Positions 51,404-63,944 of a stretch of DNA of 64,000 nucleotides are shown in pieces. Source of the DNA: Octopus vulgaris (taxonomy: Eukaryota); contig OX597823.1 of the NCBI GenBank assembly GCA_951406725.2, forward strand, positions 65,534,001 to 65,598,000, in the 5' to 3' direction. Positions within the stretch are counted from its first letter, which is position 1. Every line of letters starts with the position of its first letter. The translations under genes and the position numbers were made by a program. The notes under the pieces are model-generated. The model did not search any database, was not told the DNA's origin, and saw only the letters and a program-made list of their open reading frames with translations.

Positions 51404-51673
51404 TACAGTTCTATAATTAAGAGATGAGGAATTATTTACATTTATTTACATTTGAGGGATATTTATCATATTGTTAACACAGCGTATCCGCTGATATACC
51501 TCCCAGCCTTTATCAGGTGCCTTAGGGAAATTTCGAACCTGGGTTCTCGTTCTTAAGGTATTTTTCGATGTTATTATTATCACTATTATTATTTTTCAGG
51601 TCACTGCCTGGAATCGAACTTGGAATATTCTGGGGTTAGTAGCCCGTGCTATTAACCACAACGCCATGGGCAT
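51404..51673 (-). mobile_element. tRNA-head + (TAA)n + hammerhead SINE-like element (family H1), full-length
   Basis: Minus strand: A-box TGGCGTTGTGG (51656-51666), B-box GTTCGATTCC (51610-51619), TAA-rich spacer, degenerate HHR 51476-51521, tail ...AGAACTGTA. Flanked by (TA)n on both sides. Confidence 0.85.
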
Positions 51674-51724
<51 letters not shown>

Positions 51725-51828
51725 TATATGAAAGAATGGGGTTGAACGACTAGTTAACAAATATATTTTATTCTCTCGAGAATAAAGGTTATTTGTTAAC
51801 TAGTCGTTCAACTCCATTCTTTCATATA
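51725..51828. repeat. 104-bp near-perfect palindrome (fold-back/MITE-like)
   Basis: TATATGAAAGAATGGGGTTGAACGACTAGTTAACAAAT...ATTTGTTAACTAGTCGTTCAACTCCATTCTTTCATATA. Confidence 0.92.
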
Positions 51829-51986
51829 ATTATAATTTTAAAATAAACATACAAATTTCCGCACGAAGACACGTAGTCTATGCCCTAGGGACGTAGCTTC
51901 AACCGTGTTCTTTCTGATGTGAATTTGCTACCCAGGTATCGGTTATCTTTCGAATTATCCTTAATAAGATAATTCATTCAATTACT

Positions 51987-52046
<60 letters not shown>

Positions 52047-52449
52047 CATACGTACGTATATGTAATCTTAATACTGCAGAGTTCGTAATTACACATTAAT
52101 AGTTTAATTTTTAATTTTACATATTTTAATGAAATAATTTGATCGAATTATTATATTCTAATTTCCACCTTAATGCGTATATATGCTTAGCAGAGCACCT
52201 CACTGAAAGTTTACACGCAATATGCAGCAGCATTGATTGAACAATTGCTATATTTCTGTAGTATGTTATTGTGTTTAACTGTCAAGAGTAACCATGTTGC
52301 ATCTTGAAAATTGAAAACTGTTTGTTTCAAGACTATTTGATCAAGAATATTTGACAGTCATTCCTGGTACGAAGAGTGAATATATTCAGGTCACGCATTG
52401 ACTAAGCAACATATTCCGAAGCCGTAGAAAGACTTAAATTTTGATATCT

Positions 52450-52620
52450 CTGCTGCTGCTGTTACTGCTACAATTACTACTACTACTACTACTACTACTA
52501 TCATTACTACCACCACCACTACTGCCACCACCACCACCACCACCACTACCACTACTACTACTACTACTAATAATAATAATAATAATAATGATAATAATAT
52601 TACTGCTGCTGCTGCTGCTA
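52450..52620. repeat. Compound triplet array
   Basis: (CTG)(CTA)(CCA)(ATA) runs. Confidence 0.93.
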
Positions 52621-54309
52621 TCTCTTCTGTCTTATGAAAGTGAGCATATAATATGTGCGCCTTGACGCGGCCGCAGGCGGTTCACTTCACCACGGCATGA
52701 TTTTGTCACCCTTGTTAGATTCGGTACCCCCCTCAATTTCATGTTATGTATCTGAACAAATGACTAATGTACTTCATTGCTCTTTGATTTGAATGGGGAA
52801 GTTTCTGAAAAAATTACCTGATATGGCTTGTCATTCAATATGATATCTATGGCCAGGAAAACCTATCCTGCATTGAACAACAATTTCAACGATAATTTAA
52901 ACGTGTTCCTTTAACGTTGTTCCGACGCTAGAAATGTTTATCGCCACCATGACAACTCTAGTCTATCAAGGCCATTTTTAAGTTCAGTCTTCATAGTCTA
53001 GCTTTTTGCCGTATAGGGAAGAATGATCGTTAAATATGTCCTAATGAGAGCCAGTGTTGTCCACTTAAAAACAGTTTTCTAACAGTTTTTTTTTTTGGGG
53101 GGGGACTATTTGTACTTTCAGAAGACGTATAGACGAGCAAAGATTTTCCAAGTGAACCACATTAATTTGAGGATTTCTGTAAACTATTTGATATAATGAA
53201 CAGAAGGGCCCTTAATATCAGGCTGAAATTTGACACCCCAGATGAGATGGTAACACATAACACAAAGGATTATGAGTTGATCTAGCTACTGCTCAGGAGT
53301 TTCTTTTTGACTTGTTTTGGTAAAGTATATTAAAAGAAAATCTGCTTAATGTATCTCATACATTACCACGCGGGTGTAGACAGCATCATAAACTTCAAGA
53401 AAATTGGTAAATTTATATGGGAGGCAACTTTACAGCAATGGATATAAAATACAATATATATATATATATATACCTTAGTGAAGAAAACAATAAAAGACTA
53501 AGTTCTTTCAAAGCACTGATATTAAAATCTTTAGCAGTCATTGGTGTTCAGAATCCGAACAACTTCAATCGAGCAAGGCTTTTATGACCATCTCTGGTAC
53601 AGACAGACATTACTAAAAAATATATATAATAATAATAATAATGTTGTTGGATATCAAGCTGCTGTTTCTAGCAGGTCTACCAATTGCTTGTTATCAATAA
53701 TGGTTGTGTTCGGTGGTGGGCAACCTACATTGAAACAATCACAATCATGACATACTGTCGCATAAAGATAGAGCAAATACTTAATAAGCAAATACTTATA
53801 ATGCTATATAAAATGCAATGCTTTAGAATCAAATTTACACTAATCTTAGTTCATTGTGTTTATGATATATTTCAATGGCTGCATTGAAGCTATCAAGTAT
53901 GTAATACTCTAAATTTACATACTGTCCAGAAATCGTATCTGCAATGTGATTCAAAACATTGCATAAAATGTAATCTTGTGAGGGGGTAGAATGTATGCTC
54001 CGAATATAGCGAACTAAATCCATTCTCAAGCAGTTTACGCAAGCTAGCTTTAAACATATAAATCTTATAGGATAAAGGCTGTTCCATTATAAGAATACAT
54101 TATTAGTACACGGTTGTCACCATTATATCTGATTTTACAGCAATAACGTTCATCATGCAAAATTCGTCTCTTTTATTATAGCTCATATAAAAAATGCGTG
54201 GCCGAGTGATTAGTGTTCAGTTCGTAATCATAAGTTTGCGGTTTCAATTCCTGAACTGAAAGTGTCTTGCGTTCTTGAGCAGGTACTAAATTTCACATTG
54301 GTCTTCTAC

Positions 54310-54527
54310 GCTTCCACCTCCCTTTCATTTCTTCTTCCCCTTCCTCTTCTGCTCGTTATCCCCCTCCTCCACCTCTTTCCCCCTTCCTCTTCTTCCTCCT
54401 TCTTCCCCTCCTCTCCCTCTTTCCCCCTCCTATTCCCCTACTTCCTCTCCTACACCTCTTTCCCTCCTCTTCATCGCCCCTTCCACTTCCTCGTCCTACC
54501 TCACTCTTCATCAGCATTGTCATCTCA

Positions 54528-54586
<59 letters not shown>

Positions 54587-54660
54587 CACCACTAATACTT
54601 CTACTACTACTACTACTACGATTACTACAACTACTGCAACTACAACTACTATTACTACAA
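54310..54660. repeat. Polypyrimidine tract plus (CTA)/(CCA) triplet array
   Basis: Direct reading. Confidence 0.9.
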
Positions 54661-54694
54661 GGCTACAAAATACTGCTGTTGTACACCACGGTAA

Positions 54695-54908
54695 CAGCAC
54701 TGACAGAATCGTTGGTATGCAGGGCAAAGTGCCCAGCGGCATTCTGTCCGACTTTACGGTTGGAGTAAAAATTCCACCGAGGTTTTCTTTGCCTTACGTC
54801 CTTTCGGGATCGATAAAACAAGTACAATTAAACACTAGCGTCGATACAATCGCCTTCCCCACACTCTAGAAATTGCTGGTTTTATGCTAAAATTGGAAAC
54901 CAATATTT
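54695..54908 (+). mobile_element. SINE family B, diverged
   Basis: CTGACAGAATCGTTGG...ATTCCACCGAGG...CCTTTCGGGATCGATAAAACAAGTAC. Confidence 0.8.
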
Positions 54909-55064
54909 AGGAGAGTGATGATACACACTTAGTAGGCAAGAAACAGTACATGCTACATCGAAAAGAGATGGTGTATATACATATATCCATAAACACATTC
55001 TCACATATATATTTGTGTGCGCGTGTGAGCATGAGTTCGTCTATGTGTGTATTTGTGTGCGCTC

Positions 55065-55113
<49 letters not shown>

Positions 55114-55171
55114 TCGTTTTGGAATTTGGTTTGTAAGATTCTTTATGTGAGTTTGTGTGTTGGAGCATATT

Positions 55172-55356
55172 CTGTCGTGTCCGGGGAGAGTCACTTTTTT
55201 CTGTGCCTTATAATTTAACACACACTCTTGAAAAGGTTGCAACACGCAACGAAAATTTTAGGAAAATAAAAATAAGAAATAAGTAGAAATTTTAACGGTG
55301 AGTGTGTTAAATTATAAGGCACAAGGAAAAAAATTGACTCTCCCCTGACACAACAG
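55172..55356. mobile_element. MITE with ~55-bp terminal inverted repeats
   Basis: CTGTCGTGTCCGGGGAGAGTCA...GTGCCTTATAATTTAACACAC versus GTGTGTTAAATTATAAGGCAC...TGACTCTCCCCTGACACAACAG. TA follows the right end. Confidence 0.88.
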
Positions 55357-55540
55357 TATGTACGTACGTACGTACATACATACATACACACACACACATA
55401 CATACATACATAGATACACACACACACACACGCATGCATGCATGCATACCTACCTACCTAGGACACAGCGCGCCGCCGAGAATCGAACTCATGACTTTAT
55501 GATTGTGAGCCAATTACCCTAACCACTAAACCACGCGCTT

Positions 55541-55580
<40 letters not shown>

Positions 55581-55583
55581 CAA

Positions 55584-55614
<31 letters not shown>

Positions 55615-55699
55615 CAAACATACATACATACATATATATTTTTTTTTTTTTTTTTTTTGTACTTGTTTCAGTCATTTGACTATGCTGGAGCACCGCCTT

Positions 55700-55869
55700 T
55701 AGAGTGGTGAAAGAGTACAGTAGGGATCACCACCTCCTGCCGGAGCCTCGTGGAGCTTTTAGGTGTTTTTTTCGCTCAATAAACACACACAACGCCCGGT
55801 CTGGGAATCGAAACCGCGATCATCCGACCGCAAGTCCGCTGCCCTAACCACTAGGCCATTGCGCCTCCA
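55700..55869 (-). mobile_element. tRNA-derived SINE 5' portion (tRNA-Arg-like head)
   Basis: Minus strand GGAGGCGCAATGGCCTAGTGGTTAGGGCAGCGGAC...GGTTTCGATTCCCAGACCGGGCG, with A and B boxes, continuing into non-tRNA sequence. Confidence 0.85.
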
Positions 55870-56944
55870 TATATATAAGAAAAACAGAAAGATTGGAAAA
55901 ATCCAAGGGGATTTCAACAAAGCAGTGTTTAAACGAATTTTGTTAACTATATTAAACAGACATGAATGAAGGCAAGTAGAATATGCTTCCTAATTAATTC
56001 CGTATGAATGAGAAGTAGATCCAAATATCAGTTAGAAGAATTTAGAGAAATTCAGACTGAGACAACAAAAATACGTAGAGCGAAAATTGTAGTAAACATC
56101 TTATAAACATATTTCGATATTGAAACTATCATTTAAAATTAATACTTCCGTAAATACATGTTAATACAACGCTTTCAAAGCGATCCAAGATTATTTAAAA
56201 TCAAAGTGACACACACACACACGCACACACCCACACATACACAAAGAACCACGGGTTATCATTCAATTATCACAAACTGTTAATTACCGCCTAATTAATG
56301 GTAGAGATATGCTAAAACGGCGTATACATTTAACGATAGAGAGTAAAAAAAAATGTAGGCCATGTTAGCGTTCTATAACCATCTTTAATCATCAAATAAT
56401 AGTTTTAGATATTTCAAACCAAATTAGAACATGCAAATATACATATCAGATATTTAGATTACTGATGGAAGTGTCATATGCATTACATAACACTGATAAA
56501 AAAAATTCTGACAAATATGTAAGGTGTAATATTTCCCAGTAGTAAAATATTTCGTCTCCAGTTAAGCATTCTAATAGATAATTCTTCGAATCAGAAAATT
56601 CAACAATTCTTAAAAGACAAAAATTCAATAGAAGCAAAAGTTTCACTAAAGTTTTCTCTAGTGATAAGTAATAAAGAAACACAGGATAGAAGTCGTTATT
56701 TATTATGTTTATACATTTTTTAAACTTCAGATAATGGAGAAACGAAGATTCACACTAAAAAGACACGAAAGCGCCAGCAGGAGAGAGGTTCTGTACTCAA
56801 GAATTATCACCCTATCCATTAGCATAAAAACAGACGTTGCACAATCGTGTTTGATGTACAAACACGCACATAGGAAAAAGCATACACAAATATTTAGACG
56901 CAGGCACGCATATATGTATCACTCAGATACACAGAAGTATATTC

Positions 56945-56997
<53 letters not shown>

Positions 56998-57462
56998 CGT
57001 ACATGTCATGTGTATGTTGGGGGGAGGGGGTTGTGTGTGGGTGTGAGCGTGCAAATGTGTGCATGGTTCTATGCGTATTTGAGTGCCAAAATATGCACTG
57101 AACCAGTGATAAGCCCAACGGAACTCTACAGGAGAAGAAAGATTCAAACAGGCTATTGTTCAAAAATGCATGAGTAAAAAGATACATACACAAGCTACTA
57201 AACACACAAACAAACAAACAAACAGGCTCACAAATGTGTGAACATACGCATAAACAAACTGATAAGCACACATATATTGATGCATTCAATGGCGTATTTA
57301 TTCGGTTCGTTGCTGTTATAATTTAAGCAAGAACGATTATTTAATTCATGACGTGAACTTAAGATGAGAGTTGTTTTCGACATGAAAGTAAGTTAGCTTT
57401 CACAGACTTGCACTAACTCACACGCGCTTGTAATCTTAAAAATATTGTCACCAATATATACA

Positions 57463-57501
<39 letters not shown>

Positions 57502-57534
57502 CTTTATATATATATATATATATATTGATGGAAA

Positions 57535-57686
57535 TGGCAAGACAACAAAAGAATGAAAGAGACCTCGGTATTATGTAAATAGAGGAATTTATCTGTAAAT
57601 ATAAAATATGACAATTATTCAGTAGCCATGATAAGACTCCGAGTTTCGGATGTCGTGGCGGAAACCCACGCCGGCATCTCTTCATC
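57535..57686 (-). mobile_element. Inverted HHR-bearing Penelope-type tail (family H5)
   Basis: Minus strand (g)GATGA-aga-GATG..CGTGG-gtttccg-CCACG.CATC-c-GAAA-CTC-g-GAG-TC-ttatc. The 5' arm of stem I is lost at the junction with the endonuclease fragment. Confidence 0.65.
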
Positions 57687-57887
57687 CATTACAACATCCA
57701 TTGGAAGATCTTAGCCAAGTGTAAGCCCTACACCAACGGCAGTGGAAAGTGCAGTCTTTGTGATATGGAAAGATGGCTCATCTGGAAAAGCAGCTTAAAC
57801 CCCGCCACATGTCTAAATTCAAGAACTGAACTTTTCAGATCATGTCCATATCTGGCTAAATATTTTTTATGTTCCTGGTCACCCTGA
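57687..57887 (+). pseudogene. Penelope-like GIY-YIG endonuclease C-terminal fragment (missed by the ORF track, no ATG)
   Basis: HYNIHWKILAKCKPYTNGSGKCSLCDMERWLIWKSSLNPATCLNSRTELFRSCPYLAKYFLCSWSP*. The W.IL....PY......C.LC..E...I.......LN.R.E....C pattern is that of invertebrate Penelope-like elements. Confidence 0.8.
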
Positions 57888-58677
57888 GTTTACAGATAGG
57901 ACTTGCTCTCTATATTGTGTCCACATAAAAGCTTTTTATCTCTCTATACTAGCTACTTATATTTCTTATATATTTTTTATATAAATCTGTCTATTATGCC
58001 TACTCATAATAAATGATAGATTTTTCTCCAAAATTAATAAATATTAGATTTATAATTTCTCCTTTAATCTAACGTATCAAAATAATCAACACCTACTAGC
58101 TAAGTATAAAGCCGATTTATATAAGTATAAAATAATCTCTGTATTCTCTATAACCTTTTGTTATATAGGTGGTCATTGTGACCATCTAGCATTGACTAGT
58201 TTTCTTGATACAAAATCTGTTTGCCAAATAGAAGTAAACAGCTTCTAGGGCATTAAAACCCCCTCTCTACTTGAATTTCTTTAGGAATAACTTCTGACAT
58301 TTATTTCACCCCTATTTCTATAAATAGAAAATCTATTTTGTCTCCATTCAACTGAATATACTTCCCCACCTTCTAGTAGTTCAAAATAACTTAAAGAATA
58401 TTCTCGAGTCTGAAGATAAATTCAACTAGCTTAATATTCTTAAAATTCAAATCGGCATCTCTGTCTATATATCTACCCTCTCTATAATGTTATAAATTAA
58501 CATGAAAATATGCATTAATGGAAAACCTCTATAAATGGCTGATGATTGCTCAACATTTCAAAACTGTTGTAATACTTACAGTGTTTAATAAAATGATGTA
58601 GCGTGAAACGATCGTACCAAATTACCGAAGATATTCTTGTTGCTTATTTTGATTATATATATATATATATATGTATG

Positions 58678-58728
<51 letters not shown>

Positions 58729-58800
58729 GTGTATGAATACATATATACATATATGTGTATATATGTGCATGTTTCTCTCTCTCTCTCTATCTATCTATCT

Positions 58801-59630
58801 GTAGAGATATACAACACTTTTCTAACGACTGACAAGGGAGACAAGCTCCTTACGGTAAGTAATATGGAGTTACATCAGCACTTTTTTCAGATTTGATTAA
58901 TCTTTATCGCCGAGGGTTAAATCAATTAACTCTCCTTGTCAGTCTTATAGAGAACACATTAGGAAACATTGACTGATTCCAAAAATGGCGAAGTGAGAAT
59001 TATTTAATAATATCTCTGCTCCTTCCGCCGTTCCTTATCCCGTGCGTGACGCTTTAACGTGATCAGTGGAATGGGGAAGAAAGGAGAGGTGGAAGACGAG
59101 GAAAAGAGAGGAGAGTGATGGGGACGGAGAAGTGGTGATGGGGAGTGAAATGTGTAATTTGTTTTTGACTATGTTTTACCTCCGTTACTTAGTCCGTCTG
59201 TAACGCTTTCACGTGATTAATTGAATGGAAAAGTGAAGAGCGGAAGAAAATGGAGAGAGAAAAGCAGGGTAAAGCGAAGAGCGAGAGAGATGTTTATTAA
59301 GTCTATAAAATTTTGCATAAAGTATATAAAATGTGTATATATAAAGTGCATAAGTAATCAACGAATTCCAATTTACTTTACTTTTCAATGAATAGCAGAT
59401 GAGCGATTATCGTTTGATAGAGGCAACAGAGGCTACGCTTTCAGGTATTTTGAATAAAGTTTTCAGAAATAACGCAATAACTTTCCTATTAATTCTGTGA
59501 AATAACCACGGGTCTCGCTAGAAAATTATTAGAGTGACGGAGCGCTCTAGACAGCACCAGCATTGCTAGAAATAAGAGTCAGATATTGTCTCCCTTGTTA
59601 GTCGTTAGAAAAGTGCTCTCACGTAGCTAC
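58801..59630. mobile_element. Non-autonomous DNA transposon-like element with 30-bp subterminal inverted repeats
   Basis: CACTTTTCTAACGACTGACAAGGGAGACAA (58815-58844) versus TTGTCTCCCTTGTTAGTCGTTAGAAAAGTG (59586-59615), 29 of 30 matching. Internal direct repeat ACGCTTT.ACGTGAT at ~59049 and ~59203. Confidence 0.75.
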
Positions 59631-59643
59631 GGATTGTATTGAG

Positions 59644-59676
<33 letters not shown>

Positions 59677-59793
59677 CTATATACATCTCTCTCTCTCTCT
59701 CTCTCTCTCCATATATATATATATATGTGTGTGTGTGTGCGTGTGTGTATATATATATGTGTGCGAGTATGCGTGTGATATATGCATGTGTAT

Positions 59794-59834
<41 letters not shown>

Positions 59835-60128
59835 CGTATATATATATATATAAATATATGTGTGTGTTTGTGTTTGTATGTGTGTGTGTTTGAAATCTGC
59901 CAGTTGTACAAATGGCCGAAAAAGAGCACATTTTAAAATAAGTATTGAGCAGTTATATTTTATGTAGTCGAGTATTATATCCTTGGATGTGCCCAAGTAG
60001 AACAGTTAACGTAAAACCAAAAGTAACATTCTGCCCAGTTATATGCCATAACTAAGAATGTGCAATTCGATTATATATATATATATATATGTGAATACGT
60101 ATAGCTGTATATAAGTATATATATATAA

Positions 60129-60159
<31 letters not shown>

Positions 60160-60178
60160 ATGTATATATATATTTATA

Positions 60179-60221
<43 letters not shown>

Positions 60222-60479
60222 TAATGGATATTAAGTATGTACATATCTCTGTGAGTATGCATTTGTGCGTGTATGTATAAAATGTAAACTGTAAGAAATA
60301 TCTGATACACACGCAAATAAAAAGGTAGATTGATTGATAGATATCCATATATTTACATTTGTACACATTTCTATCGCTGCATGCACACGTAATACATATA
60401 CATATATGTGCATATATAATCGTTATTACTCCTCGGTTCTTTATTAAGAATTCATACAGTTTCTTATAAATTGGACTTC

Positions 60480-61550
60480 CATGCAGTCTTGCGTAGCAGT
60501 CGTAGCAAATCTATTCTCACTGCCAAGTCTCTAAAGAATGGGAGGACAATAAATGAGGAAATTCTTCCAGGCCATAAAGTAAGCCATTTTCTAGTGGATT
60601 CGACCGGTTTTAAAAGAATTGATCTGAACTGAAAAAGTTAACATACATTCCGAAATACTATTCATCTCCAACTGTGTGTGAGCTGTTTTAATGGAGTTCG
60701 TCTGGAACGTAACAGATTTATGTGTATCAAAGCAATGAATTAGAAAACTGCAGAATATAGATGTGTATGTCTTACTGCATTATCTCTCATCGTGATAATT
60801 TCAACTCAGGTGTTCAAACCTTGTTGAGATACACATTTTTTTATTATTGCGTAATATAATAATTAGTCAGAATTCATAACACATAAAAAAAGGGCCATGT
60901 AGTTTCGCACTCTATTTCGCAAAGGGGTTTCCGATTTCGATATCACTGCGTTGCACACTGAGCAAATTTGTTTCTTGCAGATTATTTTGTATACCCTATG
61001 TTGTGAGTGTAATTGTATAATTTGAAAGGTAATCACTTTTACTATCATCTCTACATATTTGAGGCTGCTGTATGCAAAGCATTTACGTGTCATTTTATCA
61101 TGTCAGTTAAATATGTCAATGCGGAATACAAATGAAGATGTGCTAAGTTTTCCGAATTCTTTCTTCTGCCTGCCACTGCAAAACTCTTTGTCAGTTCTTC
61201 ATGACATATTTCAAGCATCTTATAGCTGGAGCTAGCTTACACTTACCTACAATTTCCATAATCCATGAATGAGAATACTAGCTAAATCTTCCAGGTAGTT
61301 AAACCATCTCATGTTGAGATCAATTTATTGTAGAGGTCAATAATTTTTAGCCATTTGTGGTTTTCATAGATTTGAGCATTACGATGGTTTCCTTTCCGTG
61401 AGCCAGTAAGGTGTTGTCTGTAAGTCTGCCAACAACTTTGTTAATTATTTCAAAAAGAAGCTGGATATATTCTCATCTGTTGCCTGAATTGTGCAGTATT
61501 TTGATTACTTTCGTTGCCATAGACATCCGAGATTATTCAAATGGTGCATA
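60480..61550 (-). mobile_element. Heavily decayed CR1/L2-like LINE 3' part
   Basis: Minus-strand remnants WLTERK (~61390-61407) and NSFKT (~60605-60620), resembling the CR1-type WLT.RKQ and NSFKNRLD motifs. Confidence 0.4.
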
Positions 61551-62729
61551 TGTTAATTTTTATATTTTAGTCTAATATAATTACATATAATTATAGATGT
61601 AATTAGATATAAAGACTATCTGTGCTATTATGCAGTGAATATCTACATATCTTTCTGCCAATCCCTCTGTCTATCTACGTATCTATTTGTTTTCATATAT
61701 CGCTTAGACATTAAGATGTCAATAACCGGGTACTAGAAGTCATTATGCATATGCTTCAGTACGAAGCGTCAATCGAGTACAAAGCGATAATAAGAAATTG
61801 GTGTATATATCTATGTTCGCGTTCTTTGAAACCTTAAGTTAATACATTATTCGTTATACTTTGCCCATGTTGTCTTGCCTTTCATTTTATAATTACATAA
61901 TGTTTACGCAGATATCATATTCAAAGTATATTGTTTCGTGCTCTGCACTTAGGCTCCTGCATCAACATCACCTTTTTCATAGTTTTTCTGTTTCTTTTTC
62001 TCCCCTTTCTCTTCTCATTTTCTTTTCCATTTTATAAGCTCCTCTTATGCACCACCATCCCACACACAGATACACAATTATATATATATACACACACATA
62101 TGCATACATATATATTGTTTGATAATAGAAAATGGAAAAAAACGGTTTTCTTCATTTGAAATCACTGCAGTTCTTTCAACACACTCTTATACCTTTAGTA
62201 CAGTGGCAAGATGCTGTGTAATCATTATAAGGTGTAACATTGTATAAAAAAAACTGTAGTGATTTTCAAATAAAGCATATCGTTAATTTCTATTATTTCC
62301 ATTTTTCTAATTAAAATTTGTTTTAATTAACAGCTTCTCTTAATTTTCCAAACACGCTGCCACTTACCTTGACATCATACATGAATATTCTCTCTACCGC
62401 TATATCTTTCTTTATTATTTCTTTACTCTCTTATCTCATCTATCTTCATCTCTTTCTTCTGTCCCTCTCTATACTTTACTATGCTCTAAACTTACTCTCG
62501 TTTCGTTGCTTCCTTTTCTCTCTGACTCTCCCTCTATTTATCTCCCTCTGTTAATCCCACAGCCAACTATATATCTATATATCTATCTATCTTTCTTCCT
62601 TTCTTTCCTTATTACATTCTTTCTCATTTTTCCTCACAATAAATGCAACTACTGTTTTCTCCATTCAGCATGCTAGATTGAATAATTAGCAGCCAAGAGA
62701 AAAAGAAACAGGCTTTGACATGGAACATA

Positions 62730-63005
<276 letters not shown>

Positions 63006-63658
63006 CTTTTCTTTTATATATGCATATTTTCCTAAATATATCCCTGTTAGCACACAAATGAGTACTCTCATAAATGTTTCAGATTGGCATAATGATTAAT
63101 ATTGACTTACCATTCACTAAGAATTATTCAGCTGGTTTTCGTGCTGAAGGTAGTAGACAATGTCTATAATTGGATTATATTGAGTTACTAAATTCTACAG
63201 AGCCACAAGCAACTCACAACATATTAATCATTTATATTAATGCTATATGCAACTATACCTAAAACTATCAGATGCTAAATAAATGAGAAATATATTATCA
63301 AAATTTAACATTTCTGACAATAGCATCTGTAATAACATTACGAAGCTGCAAGAAATGTTTAGGTATCACTTGAGTCAAGTTCAACTGTGTAATGTAGAGC
63401 ACCCTTGAGTCTGAAATGTCGAGGTTACAACAAATGCATCTAAATTATGCAGAATTATGGATTGTAACAAAATGAATAACAAGCCAGCTCATAATAAGAT
63501 GAAAAAATTATGCTTGGAAGACTGTAAAGAAACGAATTTAAAAACAAAGTGAATAACATTGTAAATTATACAGTTCTGTATTTAACAGATGATGAATTTT
63601 GTACATTATTTACATTATTTATATTTCACGGATATTTGTCCGTATCTTTTTTGTTGTT

Positions 63659-63704
63659 AACACAACATTTCGGCTGATATACCCTCCAGCCTTCATCAGG
63701 TGTC
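63659..63704 (-). ncRNA. Type-I minimal hammerhead (H1), intact core
   Basis: GACAC-CTGATGA-a-GGCTG-gagggtatat-CAGCC-GAAA-TG-TT-GTGTT. Confidence 0.78.
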
Positions 63705-63758
63705 TTGGGTAAATTTCAAACCTGAGTTCTCATTCCTAAGGTATGTTTCGATGTTATT

Positions 63759-63790
<32 letters not shown>

Positions 63791-63898
63791 CATAATCATG
63801 ATCATGATCATGATCATCATCATCAATAATAATAATAATAATAATAATAACATCGAAAAATACCTTAGGAATGAGAACCCAGGTTCGAAATTTCCCCA

Positions 63899-63944
63899 GA
63901 CACCTGATGAAGGCTGGAGGATATATCAGCTGAAACGTTGTGTT
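63899..63944 (+). ncRNA. Type-I minimal hammerhead (H1), intact core
   Basis: GACAC-CTGATGA-a-GGCTG-gaggatatat-CAGCT-GAAA-CG-TT-GTGTT, with palindromic AACGTT in stem III. Confidence 0.8.

Noticed and set aside
55790-55869. tRNA gene (also the heads at 51600-51670, 37075 and 50299)
   Set aside because: No complete acceptor stem or oligo-T terminator. Each continues into a repeat body, so these are SINE heads.
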